Shown one piece after another: positions 9,100 to 19,200 of a DNA stretch of 64,000 nt; the stretch's first letter is position 1, and each line of letters starts with the position of its first letter. Under the pieces are notes generated by a model. It saw only the letters and a program-made list of their open reading frames with translations. It searched no databases and had not been told where the DNA came from. Made by a program: the position numbers and the translations under genes. This stretch comes from Candidatus Altimarinota bacterium (GTDB taxonomy: Bacteria > Patescibacteriota > Gracilibacteria > JBDHUY01): positions 96,001 to 160,000 of the forward strand of contig JBDHUY010000003.1 of assembly GCA_039809385.1 (NCBI GenBank). Direction: 5' to 3'.

Positions 9100-12018
9100 A
9101 TGTTGTTAAATAGCGAAGTGGTAAATAACGACCTGTCCTATAAATACGCAGAACGTCGCCAGCTTCCCGAAATAGACGCCTTGCTTTCCCATATCAAGTC
9201 CGAGTTTGAAGCGGCCCAAGATCAGTTTCGCGATCTCTTGGGTTCATTTTTCGAGATAGACGAATCCGTCCCAGTCAATAAGTCGGCCCGTATGGCACGC
9301 ATGCTGCTGCTGTATGAAGAAGATATCGCCGTCGAGGCTTTGGCCCGGTTCGATTTTAACCCCTTAAAAGAGATCTGTCAGATAACTCCGCCGGCTTCAC
9401 TGGCTCGTAAAAATATTCTTAAAGCTTTGATGTTTCAAAGACTTTCGTTCGAGCAACTCAAACAGATTTGTCCGCTTATCCCTGCCGACGCCACCTTCGG
9501 TCAGCAGCCGATACGGGTAAGTTTCGAAAAAATATCGGTAGAACAATTTAAGGAATTGTGCGATCTGACCGGCAACCGAGTTTTGCGTGAACAAGTTAGC
9601 GCCCGCGTGATCTCCACCGGCAAAGTGTCTCTGTCCGAGGTTTTGCATACGTCTCCCGAGGCTCCCATAGCCCAGGGTTTGCCCGAGGTCATTATTCACC
9701 AGATGTTGAATGACAATAAAAAGCTTACGTATGAAGATTATAGTTTTGTCCTGGGAGAAACGTCGCTTCATACCCAACAGGGTCAGGCGGCCGCTATTGG
9801 CATGCTGGGTAAGAGCGAAAATTATTCCCAGGCAGGACTTACTTATAACCTGGTTCACCGAAATCCGGTTTTGAAACAAGAAGCTCTGCAGCGGATGCTG
9901 CACTACGCCTCTACGTTTGAGCACTATTACGATATCTTCCAACGCTCTCCCAAGGCGTCAAAGATTTCTATCGATGCTCTGAACGCCATTCTCTTGTTAG
10001 ATAATGTACCGTTTGAATTCTTGTATAACTTATATAGAGATCTCTATAAAGCCTGTCAGATCGAACGGATACGGGATAGCGATTACAAGGTAGAACAAAC
10101 AGATCAGTCGATGTATGAAGTGCAATCGATCCTGCCCCTTCTTTTACAAAAACTCATTGAAACGGCTGCTACATTCGAACATATCGAATTGACTCTATTG
10201 CTGCTGCCACCCGAGCATCCAAATCGGAACCGACTTTCGGTACTCTTACCGGAACGAGCTGACAACTCCGAAGATTGGTCCCGGTTGTATCATAAATATC
10301 CGCCCCAAAGTCCGGAGCGCGAAAAGGCGGTGGTTTTCTTTCTTAATTCGATGCAGGAGAATCCAGATTTGGCGAAAACATACTACAATCTTTTTCCACA
10401 GGATTTTGTAATAAAGAATGCCGCCGAAGATCTTTTGCTACAACAAGCTGTTACTTTGTCAGGCAGAGTGCTTTTGTATAATAGCGCCTTCTCGGGAAGC
10501 TCGCTGCGCAGGCGGTTGAAGGCGCTTATTTTCGATTTAAACAAAGGTTTAAATTCTGCAGAGCTGGCGCAGGTATATGCGTTGTCTTCACCGGACAGTC
10601 AACTGCAAAACATGACCCGTGACATTATCCTAGACATTGGGAGTAAGCAAGGAAGTGCCTGGATTATATCGATAATAGAAACCTTACAACACGAGCACAG
10701 CGTGAACAAAACCCGCGATCGGGGTTTGCAAAAAATACTATACGACCTACTTTTGCTCAATACCGATGTCGGGAAACGACTACATTTAGATACTCCTTCA
10801 TTTGAGCAAAAGATGGCTGCCTGCCTGAGCGGGAATTCGGTGTATCAATTTGCTGCATTTTCTTGGGAGGAGCTCAAGCGCAGTAAGGATATTCTCTCTT
10901 CGATCAATCCGGTACGTTTTAAAGAAGTTCTCGCTATAATGCTGACACAATCCGCTACCTACGAATCCAGCATGGAAATTTTCGACGATATAAAAAATGC
11001 CGGCGATCCGGCGCTGCTCGCTTCTTTTATACAAAAGATCGTAAGCCAATGTTCTACCTATGCTCAGGTAAGTTTGGTCTATCGTTCTTTTCATCGTCAT
11101 CAGGCGGTGTTGGTCGTAGATGATCCGCTTTTACAGTGCATGATGGCTCGTGCCTATGAGTATGAAGAGATCTGGTCTCTCTATCATATTGTGAAAAAGC
11201 TCCCGGATAAAAGCTACTTGCGCGAGGTACTCCCAAAATTAATACCGTTCTTATCTCATCTGTTATTCGACGACTGTATTGACCTGTATCGTTCGTATCA
11301 GCCGTTGTTCGTCGATCTACCGGATGATCGTAATGTACGTTGCATCATGGAACAAATGGTTGCGAGTGCCAAGACGCTTGAGCAATATCATCTGTTGACC
11401 CTGCTGGATTCTCGCGGGTCGTATCTTTATAGTCGCGGAAGAAGCGGTATGGACACCTGTCAAAAAACAACCGATGATTGGCTAAAGCTCTATAAAAGGT
11501 CCGAGAGTCACGCGGCTGAACAAGCTTTGATTAAAAGACACCTGCTCTCAAGCGTGCCTGATTTCGCCACGGCTGTATGGCTGTATGATATGACCTTGTT
11601 CGACGCTTCTCACTATGGACTGCTTGAAAGAGATTCCGAAGCTCTCATGTTCCAGAAGGCCTCTGACATGAATCTCGCGGATCTCATTGTTACCAGTAAA
11701 CAAAGATGTTCAGAAAATCGCAACTGCCTGCCGCTGCATCGGATTATTATGCAAAAAATACACAGCGAGTACGGTTTACCGGCAGATCGGGACAAGCTTG
11801 TGTCGATCTATAAAACGACCATGGGAGATCCACAGTTAAATTTTCAACTGGCCAGCTACCTGATTCACCGCTTTTCCAACCCCCAAGATCTAGTATATAT
11901 GCTTCTTCATGCGCCGATTCAAAGTGCACTTTTCCAACAAGCCTGCGCTGCGCTGCGTCCCATTCGCTTTACGCTGGGACCGCGCTATGTCGAGCTTACG
12001 TATCCAGCAGTCTCTTGA
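9100..12018 (+). CDS. Large hypothetical alpha-helical repeat protein (~31-aa repeats)
   Basis: 972-aa ORF with recurring A-x-T-F/L-E...L-Y...P-x-x-S...A/L units. Confidence 0.75.
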   Translation: MLLNSEVVNNDLSYKYAERRQLPEIDALLSHIKSEFEAAQDQFRDLLGSFFEIDESVPVNKSARMARMLLLYEEDIAVEALARFDFNPLKEICQITPPASLARKNILKALMFQRLSFEQLKQICPLIPADATFGQQPIRVSFEKISVEQFKELCDLTGNRVLREQVSARVISTGKVSLSEVLHTSPEAPIAQGLPEVIIHQMLNDNKKLTYEDYSFVLGETSLHTQQGQAAAIGMLGKSENYSQAGLTYNLVHRNPVLKQEALQRMLHYASTFEHYYDIFQRSPKASKISIDALNAILLLDNVPFEFLYNLYRDLYKACQIERIRDSDYKVEQTDQSMYEVQSILPLLLQKLIETAATFEHIELTLLLLPPEHPNRNRLSVLLPERADNSEDWSRLYHKYPPQSPEREKAVVFFLNSMQENPDLAKTYYNLFPQDFVIKNAAEDLLLQQAVTLSGRVLLYNSAFSGSSLRRRLKALIFDLNKGLNSAELAQVYALSSPDSQLQNMTRDIILDIGSKQGSAWIISIIETLQHEHSVNKTRDRGLQKILYDLLLLNTDVGKRLHLDTPSFEQKMAACLSGNSVYQFAAFSWEELKRSKDILSSINPVRFKEVLAIMLTQSATYESSMEIFDDIKNAGDPALLASFIQKIVSQCSTYAQVSLVYRSFHRHQAVLVVDDPLLQCMMARAYEYEEIWSLYHIVKKLPDKSYLREVLPKLIPFLSHLLFDDCIDLYRSYQPLFVDLPDDRNVRCIMEQMVASAKTLEQYHLLTLLDSRGSYLYSRGRSGMDTCQKTTDDWLKLYKRSESHAAEQALIKRHLLSSVPDFATAVWLYDMTLFDASHYGLLERDSEALMFQKASDMNLADLIVTSKQRCSENRNCLPLHRIIMQKIHSEYGLPADRDKLVSIYKTTMGDPQLNFQLASYLIHRFSNPQDLVYMLLHAPIQSALFQQACAALRPIRFTLGPRYVELTYPAVS

Positions 12019-12076
12019 TCTTCTTTCATCAGTAGAAGTTCATCTGTTTTCTTTTTATATATAATGTCAAAAACAA

Positions 12077-12104
12077 TTGACATTTTTTTGTGCGTGTATA
12101 GACT
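12077..12104 (+). promoter_or_regulatory. Sigma70-like promoter
   Basis: TTGACA-N16-TAGACT upstream of ATG 12149. Confidence 0.45.
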
Positions 12105-12148
12105 AGAGCACCACGAAGAACTTTTTTTTAGTATGCATTAAAAAAACA

Positions 12149-13798
12149 ATGAGCAAAGAATTTTTAAACTCTACTGGCTACCTGCCCGACGATTCGGACG
12201 AAAAGAAGCCCCGCGTTGGCACTTTGGGCAAGATTGTACTGGCATCGGTTCTGTTGCATAGCCCTTTCCTCTATAAGCTTCTTCCTGCTACGACACAAAA
12301 CTTTCTGTCGGAACAATGGGATCAAGTAACTGTCACGACTTCTCTCTACCACGCCAAGATAAAACAGTGGGCGTTTGCCGATGAAACTTCCAAAGCACAA
12401 TTACGGGTCGAAATTGAACAGCAACTGAATTCTCCCCAAAAAGATCGGATCGATCTTGCCGATTTCTTTCTGCGGGCGGAACGGTATAGCGGTCAGTTCA
12501 GTCAGGAAGAATACTCTGCGGCGCGCGAAGAAGCCCGTCGCTTGAGCGCCGAATTTCGCGAAATGAAACAAGAAAAAACGGATCCGGTCGAAATCTTACA
12601 TTATATTTTGCAAAAGCGGGAATTCTATAAAACCGGTTCTGCTTCCCTTACCAATCTGCTTCTTACTGGCAAAGGGAACTGCGAGGCAATTGCCAAATTT
12701 ATTCAAATAATGGCGCAAAAAGCGCTTCCCGAAATCGATCCGGCCAGGATCAAGGTTCTTTTATACGGCGACCATGTGGCGATCCTCTTTGACGATGTTA
12801 CGGGTCAGCGCTATCTCATTGAAAAGCCGACTCCTCGCCCTATCTCAAAATACGATTTGGACAGAACTGCTGAACTACCTAACGATATCTGGATGCGCCA
12901 ATTTGCCGGGGCGAATTTTTCGGTCAGCTACCATGGTAGCGGGGTTAAGGTTCCTGCTGGATCAGGGAAAGGTGCGTATAGTGATACTCTGTTTAATCTG
13001 CGGGAGATTGTTCCACCCGGAATGCTTAAAAACTACAGTCCGGGACCTGTTCCGGCACTGAAAAAAGAAGAGCTAGCTGACTTTCATACGGCTCAAAAAA
13101 AGCTTGATCCCAAAGAACAACAACAGCAAATTACAATGCTTGATTTTGGTGCGTACCCGGATCTTGTGAAACATACGGAAAAAACTGCCGAAGCACTTCC
13201 CCAAATTTCGATTGATCCCAAACAGTATTTTTTTAATCGCGATCTTTTGAGAGCGGCTATTTTTCGAATTAATAGCATCGAAGGTCGTCAGCGATTCTGC
13301 AGCCGGCTCATCGAACGCGTCAAACACGATCGCGATTTTTTAAGACAGTTTATCTTGGCGCATCCGCGTTCGGTGTACAACGATCTGGATCAAATATTTT
13401 CGGTATCCGACGGCCCCGGAGACGGTCTCGGACAACTTGTTTGGTTAGCTCTTGACGTTATCGAAGCCAACGAAGATTTTTTTATGTATGTCTTTCGTAC
13501 ATTTCCGAGTCTTTCCAGTCGCACAATGGCGGCGAATCGTATATCCAAACAGGAGAACTTGCGGGAAATATGTTTGATCGAAAACGAACCAATTATTTTG
13601 AGAGAGGTGTTTGGGCGGATCAACGATTTTTCTATACTGGAGCGGTTTGCTTCGTTGTCGGATCAGGATTGTGACTATGATAGGGGGCGTACACCAGAAG
13701 AACAAGATCGTCGCTTAGATAATAGTATTAATCGGTCCAATGCCCGCCAAAGAATCCTGGGCCTGCGCAAAGGAGAAGTATTTACCAAATTCCCGTAA
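12149..13798 (+). CDS. Membrane-anchored hypothetical protein with a putative transglutaminase/papain-like Cys-His core and C-terminal HEAT-like repeats
   Basis: N-terminal hydrophobic segment, GKGNCEAIAK and YGDHVAILFD motifs, and C-terminal RTMAANRISKQENL-type units. Confidence 0.6.
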   Translation: MSKEFLNSTGYLPDDSDEKKPRVGTLGKIVLASVLLHSPFLYKLLPATTQNFLSEQWDQVTVTTSLYHAKIKQWAFADETSKAQLRVEIEQQLNSPQKDRIDLADFFLRAERYSGQFSQEEYSAAREEARRLSAEFREMKQEKTDPVEILHYILQKREFYKTGSASLTNLLLTGKGNCEAIAKFIQIMAQKALPEIDPARIKVLLYGDHVAILFDDVTGQRYLIEKPTPRPISKYDLDRTAELPNDIWMRQFAGANFSVSYHGSGVKVPAGSGKGAYSDTLFNLREIVPPGMLKNYSPGPVPALKKEELADFHTAQKKLDPKEQQQQITMLDFGAYPDLVKHTEKTAEALPQISIDPKQYFFNRDLLRAAIFRINSIEGRQRFCSRLIERVKHDRDFLRQFILAHPRSVYNDLDQIFSVSDGPGDGLGQLVWLALDVIEANEDFFMYVFRTFPSLSSRTMAANRISKQENLREICLIENEPIILREVFGRINDFSILERFASLSDQDCDYDRGRTPEEQDRRLDNSINRSNARQRILGLRKGEVFTKFP

Positions 13799-14624
13799 AA
13801 ACGGCTCCGAGCAGGCATACTCCCAGCACAATTCGGTACACGATAAAAACGAAATTCGAGCGGGTTTTTAAGAATTTTAGTAAAAAATCGATCGCAAAGA
13901 ATCCACTGACAAATGCCGTAATAATCCCCATGATATAGGATACGGCCAGTTGCTGATTCAATAATCCCAGACTGTCTTTCAATTCCAGTAATCCGCTAGC
14001 AAAAACAGCCGGGAGCGAGAGCAAAAACGAAAAACGCGCCGCGGTTTCGCGTTCGAGCCCCAGAAAAAGTCCGGCAGTCATAGTGGTTCCGCTCCTGGAA
14101 GCGCCAGGAATCAGCGAAAAACACTGACCGATACCCACGACCAGCGCATCTTTGAACGTAATCTTTTTCATGTCGCGGGCATGACGGGCGATCTTTTCTG
14201 CCAGAGCTAGTAGTAGCGCAAATACGATCTGTGTCACTGCAATTACCAGAATACTTTTGGTCAGATTCCCTTCAATCACTTTTTTCAAAGCCAGGCCGAT
14301 CACTACTACCGGAAGGGTTCCGGCGATCACATACCAGCCCATCCGGCTTTCAAAGGATTGCTGTGAGAATCCTTTTCGCTTCAACAGATTCTCCCGCACA
14401 AAACTTTTGATAATTGTCGTTATATCTTTGGCGAAATAGATCATTACCGCCAGGAGCGTCCCGAGCTGTAAAACTGCAATATACGCGGTCCATTGTTCCG
14501 GATGTTCGGGTGAAATAAGTCCCATCCAGTGACCAAACAGCGTCAGATGCGCCGTGCTGGAGATCGGGAGAAATTCGGTGATACCCTGAACGAGGCCGAG
14601 AATGATTGAGACGAAAATATCCAT
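13782..14624 (-). CDS. uppP: Undecaprenyl-diphosphatase (BacA)
   Basis: Motifs GLVQGITEFLPISSTAH and PGASRSGTT. Start is ATG 14624. Confidence 0.96.
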   Translation of the reverse strand: MDIFVSIILGLVQGITEFLPISSTAHLTLFGHWMGLISPEHPEQWTAYIAVLQLGTLLAVMIYFAKDITTIIKSFVRENLLKRKGFSQQSFESRMGWYVIAGTLPVVVIGLALKKVIEGNLTKSILVIAVTQIVFALLLALAEKIARHARDMKKITFKDALVVGIGQCFSLIPGASRSGTTMTAGLFLGLERETAARFSFLLSLPAVFASGLLELKDSLGLLNQQLAVSYIMGIITAFVSGFFAIDFLLKFLKTRSNFVFIVYRIVLGVCLLGAVFTGIW

Positions 14625-14777
14625 GAGAGAAGCAATAAGCGGTTTACAGGAAACAAACATCATGTATTTTATTGTTTTTACATGCTTGTTGCAAAGACTT
14701 ATTTGCCCAACCCGTACATGCTTACTTTTCTCTTCTGATGTGACATGTGGTATAGTGAATTCTGATTTTTGATTTTT

Positions 14778-16415
14778 ATGGAAACTAAAGTTCACCACCG
14801 TTTTTTGGAAATATTACCCGGATTACTGACCTGGACAACGCTCATCCTGCCAGTGATATTGTCGCTTTTTTTCCCCGTCGGCGTGGCGATTTTTCTGCTC
14901 TTTTTCACCACCTTCTGGTTATACCAATCGCTCGAGTTTTCAGTGATGATTTTGCGAACCTATTTTCAGTATAAACAGGCTTTGTTGTTTCCCTGGTCGG
15001 ACGCACTGCGGTTGTTGACTGCCCACTCTAACCAGAATGGTAACCTCGATCAACCTGCAATTGCCAAGAAAAACATGAAAAGTTTGTTAGAGAAACATGC
15101 TCAGATTATCGCTCTAGGCCAGGCCAAAGATCCGTTTGCCATTTTTCATCTGGTTGTGATCGCTACCTGCGGGGAAGATTTGTCAGTACTACGACAGTCG
15201 ATTCAGAAGATAGCCGACAGTCACTACGATCTTTCCAGAATCGTAATTTTGCTAGCCGGAGAAGAACGGGACCGTGAAAGGGCTATCAGAAATGCCGAAG
15301 CTCTAAAGCTTGAATTTGGAAGTCAATTTGCACAATTCTATTTCACGCTGCATCCGGCAGATACCGTTGGCGAAGTGCGTGGAAAAGGAGCTAACATTGC
15401 GTATGCTGCGCGTACAACCGTTCCCGGTTTTTTGAAAGAATTCGGATGCGATCCGAGCGATGTTTTGGTGACCACGCTGGACGCCGACCACTGCGTCCAT
15501 CCCGAATATTTCGCCTGTCTTACGACTACGTATCTTACGACGCCTGATCGGGGCAAAAAAGCGTATCAGCCGCTGCCACTTTTTTATAACAATATTTGGG
15601 ATGTGCCGCTGATAAATCGCATGATCGCTTTCCAAAACAGCTTCTGGCACATGATCGAATCAGGTCGGCCCTACCGGCTTCGCAATTTTGCCTCGCACGC
15701 CCAGAGTTTGGATGCGCTTTTGCAAACCGATTTCTGGTCCAGCCAGACGATTGTAGAGGACGGTCACCAGTACTGGCGCAGTTTTTTTACTTTTAACGGT
15801 CAATACGAAGTGATCCCTCTGTTTATTCCGATCTATCAGGATGCCGTCCAAGGAGAAACCTATACCAAGACATTATGGGGTCAGTATAAACAACTGCGGC
15901 GCTGGGCGTGGGGCGCCAGCGATATCCCGTTTGTGATTCAGAAAATCCGCGAAAAAGGAAAAGCTATTCCGGCTTTTACCAAATATATCAATTTCTACCG
16001 GTTGGTCGAAGGCCATTTTATGTGGGCCACCGCGCCGGTGATTATTACGCTTACCCAGCCGATCCCGCGGTTGATCAACGAGTCGTTTGCCAATACGGTC
16101 TTTTCATACAACATGGGAATTATTCTGAGTCACTTTTTTACTGTGGCGCTGGTAGGTATTTTTGCCTCCGTCTGGATCACGATCCTGATGGCACCGCCCA
16201 TTCCGCATAGGACTTTGCTAGGAAAAACTTGGCTGCGCCTGTCTATTCTGGTTCAATGGCTTTTTCTGCCGCTCATCACGATCGTCTTTGGAGCTATCCC
16301 GGCGATCGAATCGCAGACTCGTTTGATGTTTGCCAAGTATCTGGATTTTCAGATCACGCCCAAAGTGAGAGTTCCCTCGAACATTCATGCGGTTCAAGGG
16401 AATCTCCCTCGGTAG
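14778..16415 (+). CDS. Membrane glycosyltransferase family 2 (processive-type)
   Basis: Motifs GKGAN, DAD, IVED and QLRRW, with N- and C-terminal TM helices. Confidence 0.88.
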   Translation: METKVHHRFLEILPGLLTWTTLILPVILSLFFPVGVAIFLLFFTTFWLYQSLEFSVMILRTYFQYKQALLFPWSDALRLLTAHSNQNGNLDQPAIAKKNMKSLLEKHAQIIALGQAKDPFAIFHLVVIATCGEDLSVLRQSIQKIADSHYDLSRIVILLAGEERDRERAIRNAEALKLEFGSQFAQFYFTLHPADTVGEVRGKGANIAYAARTTVPGFLKEFGCDPSDVLVTTLDADHCVHPEYFACLTTTYLTTPDRGKKAYQPLPLFYNNIWDVPLINRMIAFQNSFWHMIESGRPYRLRNFASHAQSLDALLQTDFWSSQTIVEDGHQYWRSFFTFNGQYEVIPLFIPIYQDAVQGETYTKTLWGQYKQLRRWAWGASDIPFVIQKIREKGKAIPAFTKYINFYRLVEGHFMWATAPVIITLTQPIPRLINESFANTVFSYNMGIILSHFFTVALVGIFASVWITILMAPPIPHRTLLGKTWLRLSILVQWLFLPLITIVFGAIPAIESQTRLMFAKYLDFQITPKVRVPSNIHAVQGNLPR

Positions 16416-16551
16416 CTCTGTCTTGCTTCATTTCCCTTCCCAGTATATAAACTGTACAGTCCTGTAATTCTCAAACGTAGCAATGATGTCTCTAACCGGA
16501 ATAAAATTCAGGCCGCTCTCTTTTTAAAAACACCTAAAAAGCTTGTCTTAT

Positions 16552-16995
16552 ATGCATCCTATAAAAAACAAAAAAGCGTATTTCGATTACGAAATTCTCG
16601 ACACGTTCGAGGCCGGAATTGTTTTGCGCGGCGAGGAGATCAAAGCGGTCCGGTTTCAGGGTATGGATCTGAGCGGCTCGTATGTGCTGCTGAAAAACAA
16701 CCGTCTTATGCTTACCGGTGCTACCATTCCGCGCTATAAACATTCCAACAATCAACATTATAATTCCCGGGCCGATCGCTTGCTCTTGTTACGGATGTCC
16801 GAGCTTGAACGCATTTCCAAACAACTCCATACCAAAGGAATTACGTTGTTAGCGCTGGAAGGGTATTTTAGCCATGGTCTTTTTAAAATAAAGATCGGCT
16901 TGGGGCGCGGGAAAAAGAAATACGACAAGCGCGAAAGTATTAAAAACCGCGAGACCGAACGGCAGGTGAGGAGGGAAGGCAGTTATCGGCGATGA
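16552..16995 (+). CDS. smpB: SsrA-binding protein
   Basis: Motifs NKKAYFDYEILDTFEAGIVLRGEEIKAVR and GKKKYDKRESIK. Confidence 0.96.
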   Translation: MHPIKNKKAYFDYEILDTFEAGIVLRGEEIKAVRFQGMDLSGSYVLLKNNRLMLTGATIPRYKHSNNQHYNSRADRLLLLRMSELERISKQLHTKGITLLALEGYFSHGLFKIKIGLGRGKKKYDKRESIKNRETERQVRREGSYRR

Positions 16996-17047
16996 GGTTA
17001 GCTTTCTTGGTGTTCATGTGAGATAAAGAGCAATCTCTTGAAAATAA

Positions 17048-17789
17048 TATTTCTTCCTGATAAAGCATCCCCTGAATGAAGCGAAGTTCATACTTGTATC
17101 CCGTTCCCCCTGACAAGGGGGCTAGTGGGTTCGGGACTTCTCTCCTACTTCCAATTCTCTCTTCCTCACCGCCAACTGTTCTTCGATATCCTCATATACA
17201 CCTTCCAATTGCTGCAGCACTTCAATATTGTAATACCGCAGTACCTTAATCCCACGAGTTTTGAGAAATTCAGTTCTGTTTTTATCATAATGCCTCTGAG
17301 ATACCTGAGCGTGTGATTCACCGTCAATTTCAATCACCAGTTGAAGTGCCGCGGAGTAAAAGTCCACAATATACGGCCCGATAGGTTTCTGTCGCAAGAA
17401 TTTATACCTGGTTTGCTTTCTGTTTAAAATGTACAGCCAGACTCGTTTTTCAGCCTCGGTAGCGTTATGACGATTGATTCTAGCAAGAGAGGTGAGTTCC
17501 GGGTGGTAGGATTGGTATTTTCTGTGATACATAGTTGGAAGTTTTCAACTATGTTGATTGTTTTGTTCTATGAGATCAATGAGTAGGGAACTTTTTTTCT
17601 CATTTCTTAGGAAAATTTTAGATTATTAGAATGTACGTGCTGATCCTGAACCCCCTAGCCCCCTTATCAGGGGGGACAAGGCACGGATGCAAGTCTTCAC
17701 TCAATGGGGGGCCCTATGAGGCGCAACAAGGCAGGAGTGCAAGTTTCCCGCTTCTATAACGCCCAGCACATGCTTTATCAGGAGAAATA
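17048..17789. mobile_element. Putative element: DUF559 gene enclosed by long imperfect inverted repeats
   Basis: Inner arms 17106-17136 and 17644-17674 are 28/31 identical in inverted orientation. Outer arms 17048-17068 and 17770-17789 are identical except for one indel. Confidence 0.6.
17122..17532 (-). CDS. DUF559 / Vsr-like PD-(D/E)xK endonuclease
   Basis: Motifs TEAEKRVW, FLRQKPIGPYIVDFY, LVIEIDGESH, D..RT.FL and GIKVLRY.N. Confidence 0.92.
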   Translation of the reverse strand: MYHRKYQSYHPELTSLARINRHNATEAEKRVWLYILNRKQTRYKFLRQKPIGPYIVDFYSAALQLVIEIDGESHAQVSQRHYDKNRTEFLKTRGIKVLRYYNIEVLQQLEGVYEDIEEQLAVRKRELEVGEKSRTH

Positions 17790-17868
17790 GGATCCCATTC
17801 GTTTTGCGCAGACTGTCTCTTCTCAAGGGCAACTGCGCGGGTATTTAAACTTGTATGAACCGACAGGT

Positions 17869-19125
17869 TTATAGCAGGAGAAATAACCCGATTCCGACGA
17901 AGAACGGTACAATTAAGGCAGTCGCCAATTTTCCGCCAAAATGCCGGTTTCCGCTGACCCAGGCCAGAATTGATTTTGAAATAAAACTAGTACTGATACT
18001 CAGTAGAATGGCCTTTACTGCCACGATTTGAGAGATAGTGCCGTTTAAGGCTAGTCCCGATACCGCGATCGCAATCGCTTCCCCCCGTACCATGCCCGAA
18101 AAGATGCTGGTCATATAGAGTCCGGCCGATCCGAAGTTCTTTTGACACATTTCGGCGACTATCAGGATCAGTGTCAGGATCAAGGTAAATTCGATCGCTT
18201 TCTTGAGTTGAAATGGATTTTTTATTGCGCACCCCGCCGGTATATGCCGGGACGGATAAAACCAGCGCCGGATGAAAAAAGAAATCACGATCAGTACGAT
18301 AAACAGAATAGCGACAGGAATTATTGCTAGACCAAAAAGATCCTTATTGAGAATAAAGATAAAAAACAGGATTCTGAAAAACGAACTGGCAATGGCGATT
18401 AAAATACCGGAAACGAGAGCATAAGCCGCTTTGTTATCTTTTCTCATGTTTTTGCTTTCAACGCTGAACGATCCCGTTAGGGCGGTCGAAGAGGCTATCC
18501 CCCCAAAGAAACTGGTGTAGCGCGTCCCCCGTTCCATGCCGACCGCGCGGGTGAGAATATAACCGACAAAACCGATACCGCAGATCATTACCACCACCAG
18601 CCACAGCGAAAACGGCTTGATTACACCCCACGGGTCGACGGGTGTATCCGGTAAAAGGGGCAAAATAACAAAAGCGATTACAGCAAATTCGATGCAGGCA
18701 TATAACTCTTTTTCTGCGATGACGCGAACCAGATGATGGGAATATTGTTTCAAAGACAACGTCAACGTTACCAGCACTGCGATCACGATTGCGGGCGTTG
18801 TCCATTTCAAACAGAGCACGCCCACCAGAAAGCTTATCAGCGCTGCCAATTCGGTCGTAACCCCGTCGTGCCGTAACACGAACGTATTGTACACATAGCT
18901 GGCGAGTACCAGAATGCTTACAAAGAAGAAAGATAACGCAATCGTATGAGCATAAAACCGCTCCGACAGGATGGCGCTGATGCATCCGGCTAAAGACAAT
19001 AACGCAAACGAACGGATGCCGGCAAAGTCGTGAAAATGTCCTTTTTGCTGATGACGTTCTCTCTCAGCTCCTATCAGGATTCCGAGTCCGAAGGCGGTAA
19101 ATACCGGTAATAAAAGTTCGTACAT
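17869..19125 (-). CDS. MgtC/SapB-family membrane protein with DUF4010 domain
   Basis: Motifs GILIGAERE, AGIRSF, GVTTE, VILPLLP and GGIASSTA. Confidence 0.9.
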   Translation of the reverse strand: MYELLLPVFTAFGLGILIGAERERHQQKGHFHDFAGIRSFALLSLAGCISAILSERFYAHTIALSFFFVSILVLASYVYNTFVLRHDGVTTELAALISFLVGVLCLKWTTPAIVIAVLVTLTLSLKQYSHHLVRVIAEKELYACIEFAVIAFVILPLLPDTPVDPWGVIKPFSLWLVVVMICGIGFVGYILTRAVGMERGTRYTSFFGGIASSTALTGSFSVESKNMRKDNKAAYALVSGILIAIASSFFRILFFIFILNKDLFGLAIIPVAILFIVLIVISFFIRRWFYPSRHIPAGCAIKNPFQLKKAIEFTLILTLILIVAEMCQKNFGSAGLYMTSIFSGMVRGEAIAIAVSGLALNGTISQIVAVKAILLSISTSFISKSILAWVSGNRHFGGKLATALIVPFFVGIGLFLLL

Positions 19126-19200
19126 GTTCTTTTTTCAAAAAATGCCATACTGTTTTCCTTCCAGTATAGCATTTTTCAGGTTAAAAAGGAACGTTTGCGT

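Noticed and set aside
16996-17868. tmRNA (ssrA) next to smpB
   Set aside because: No tRNA-Ala-like ends (GGGG.. / T-loop..CCACCA) were found. The GC-rich stems are explained by the DUF559-flanking inverted repeats.
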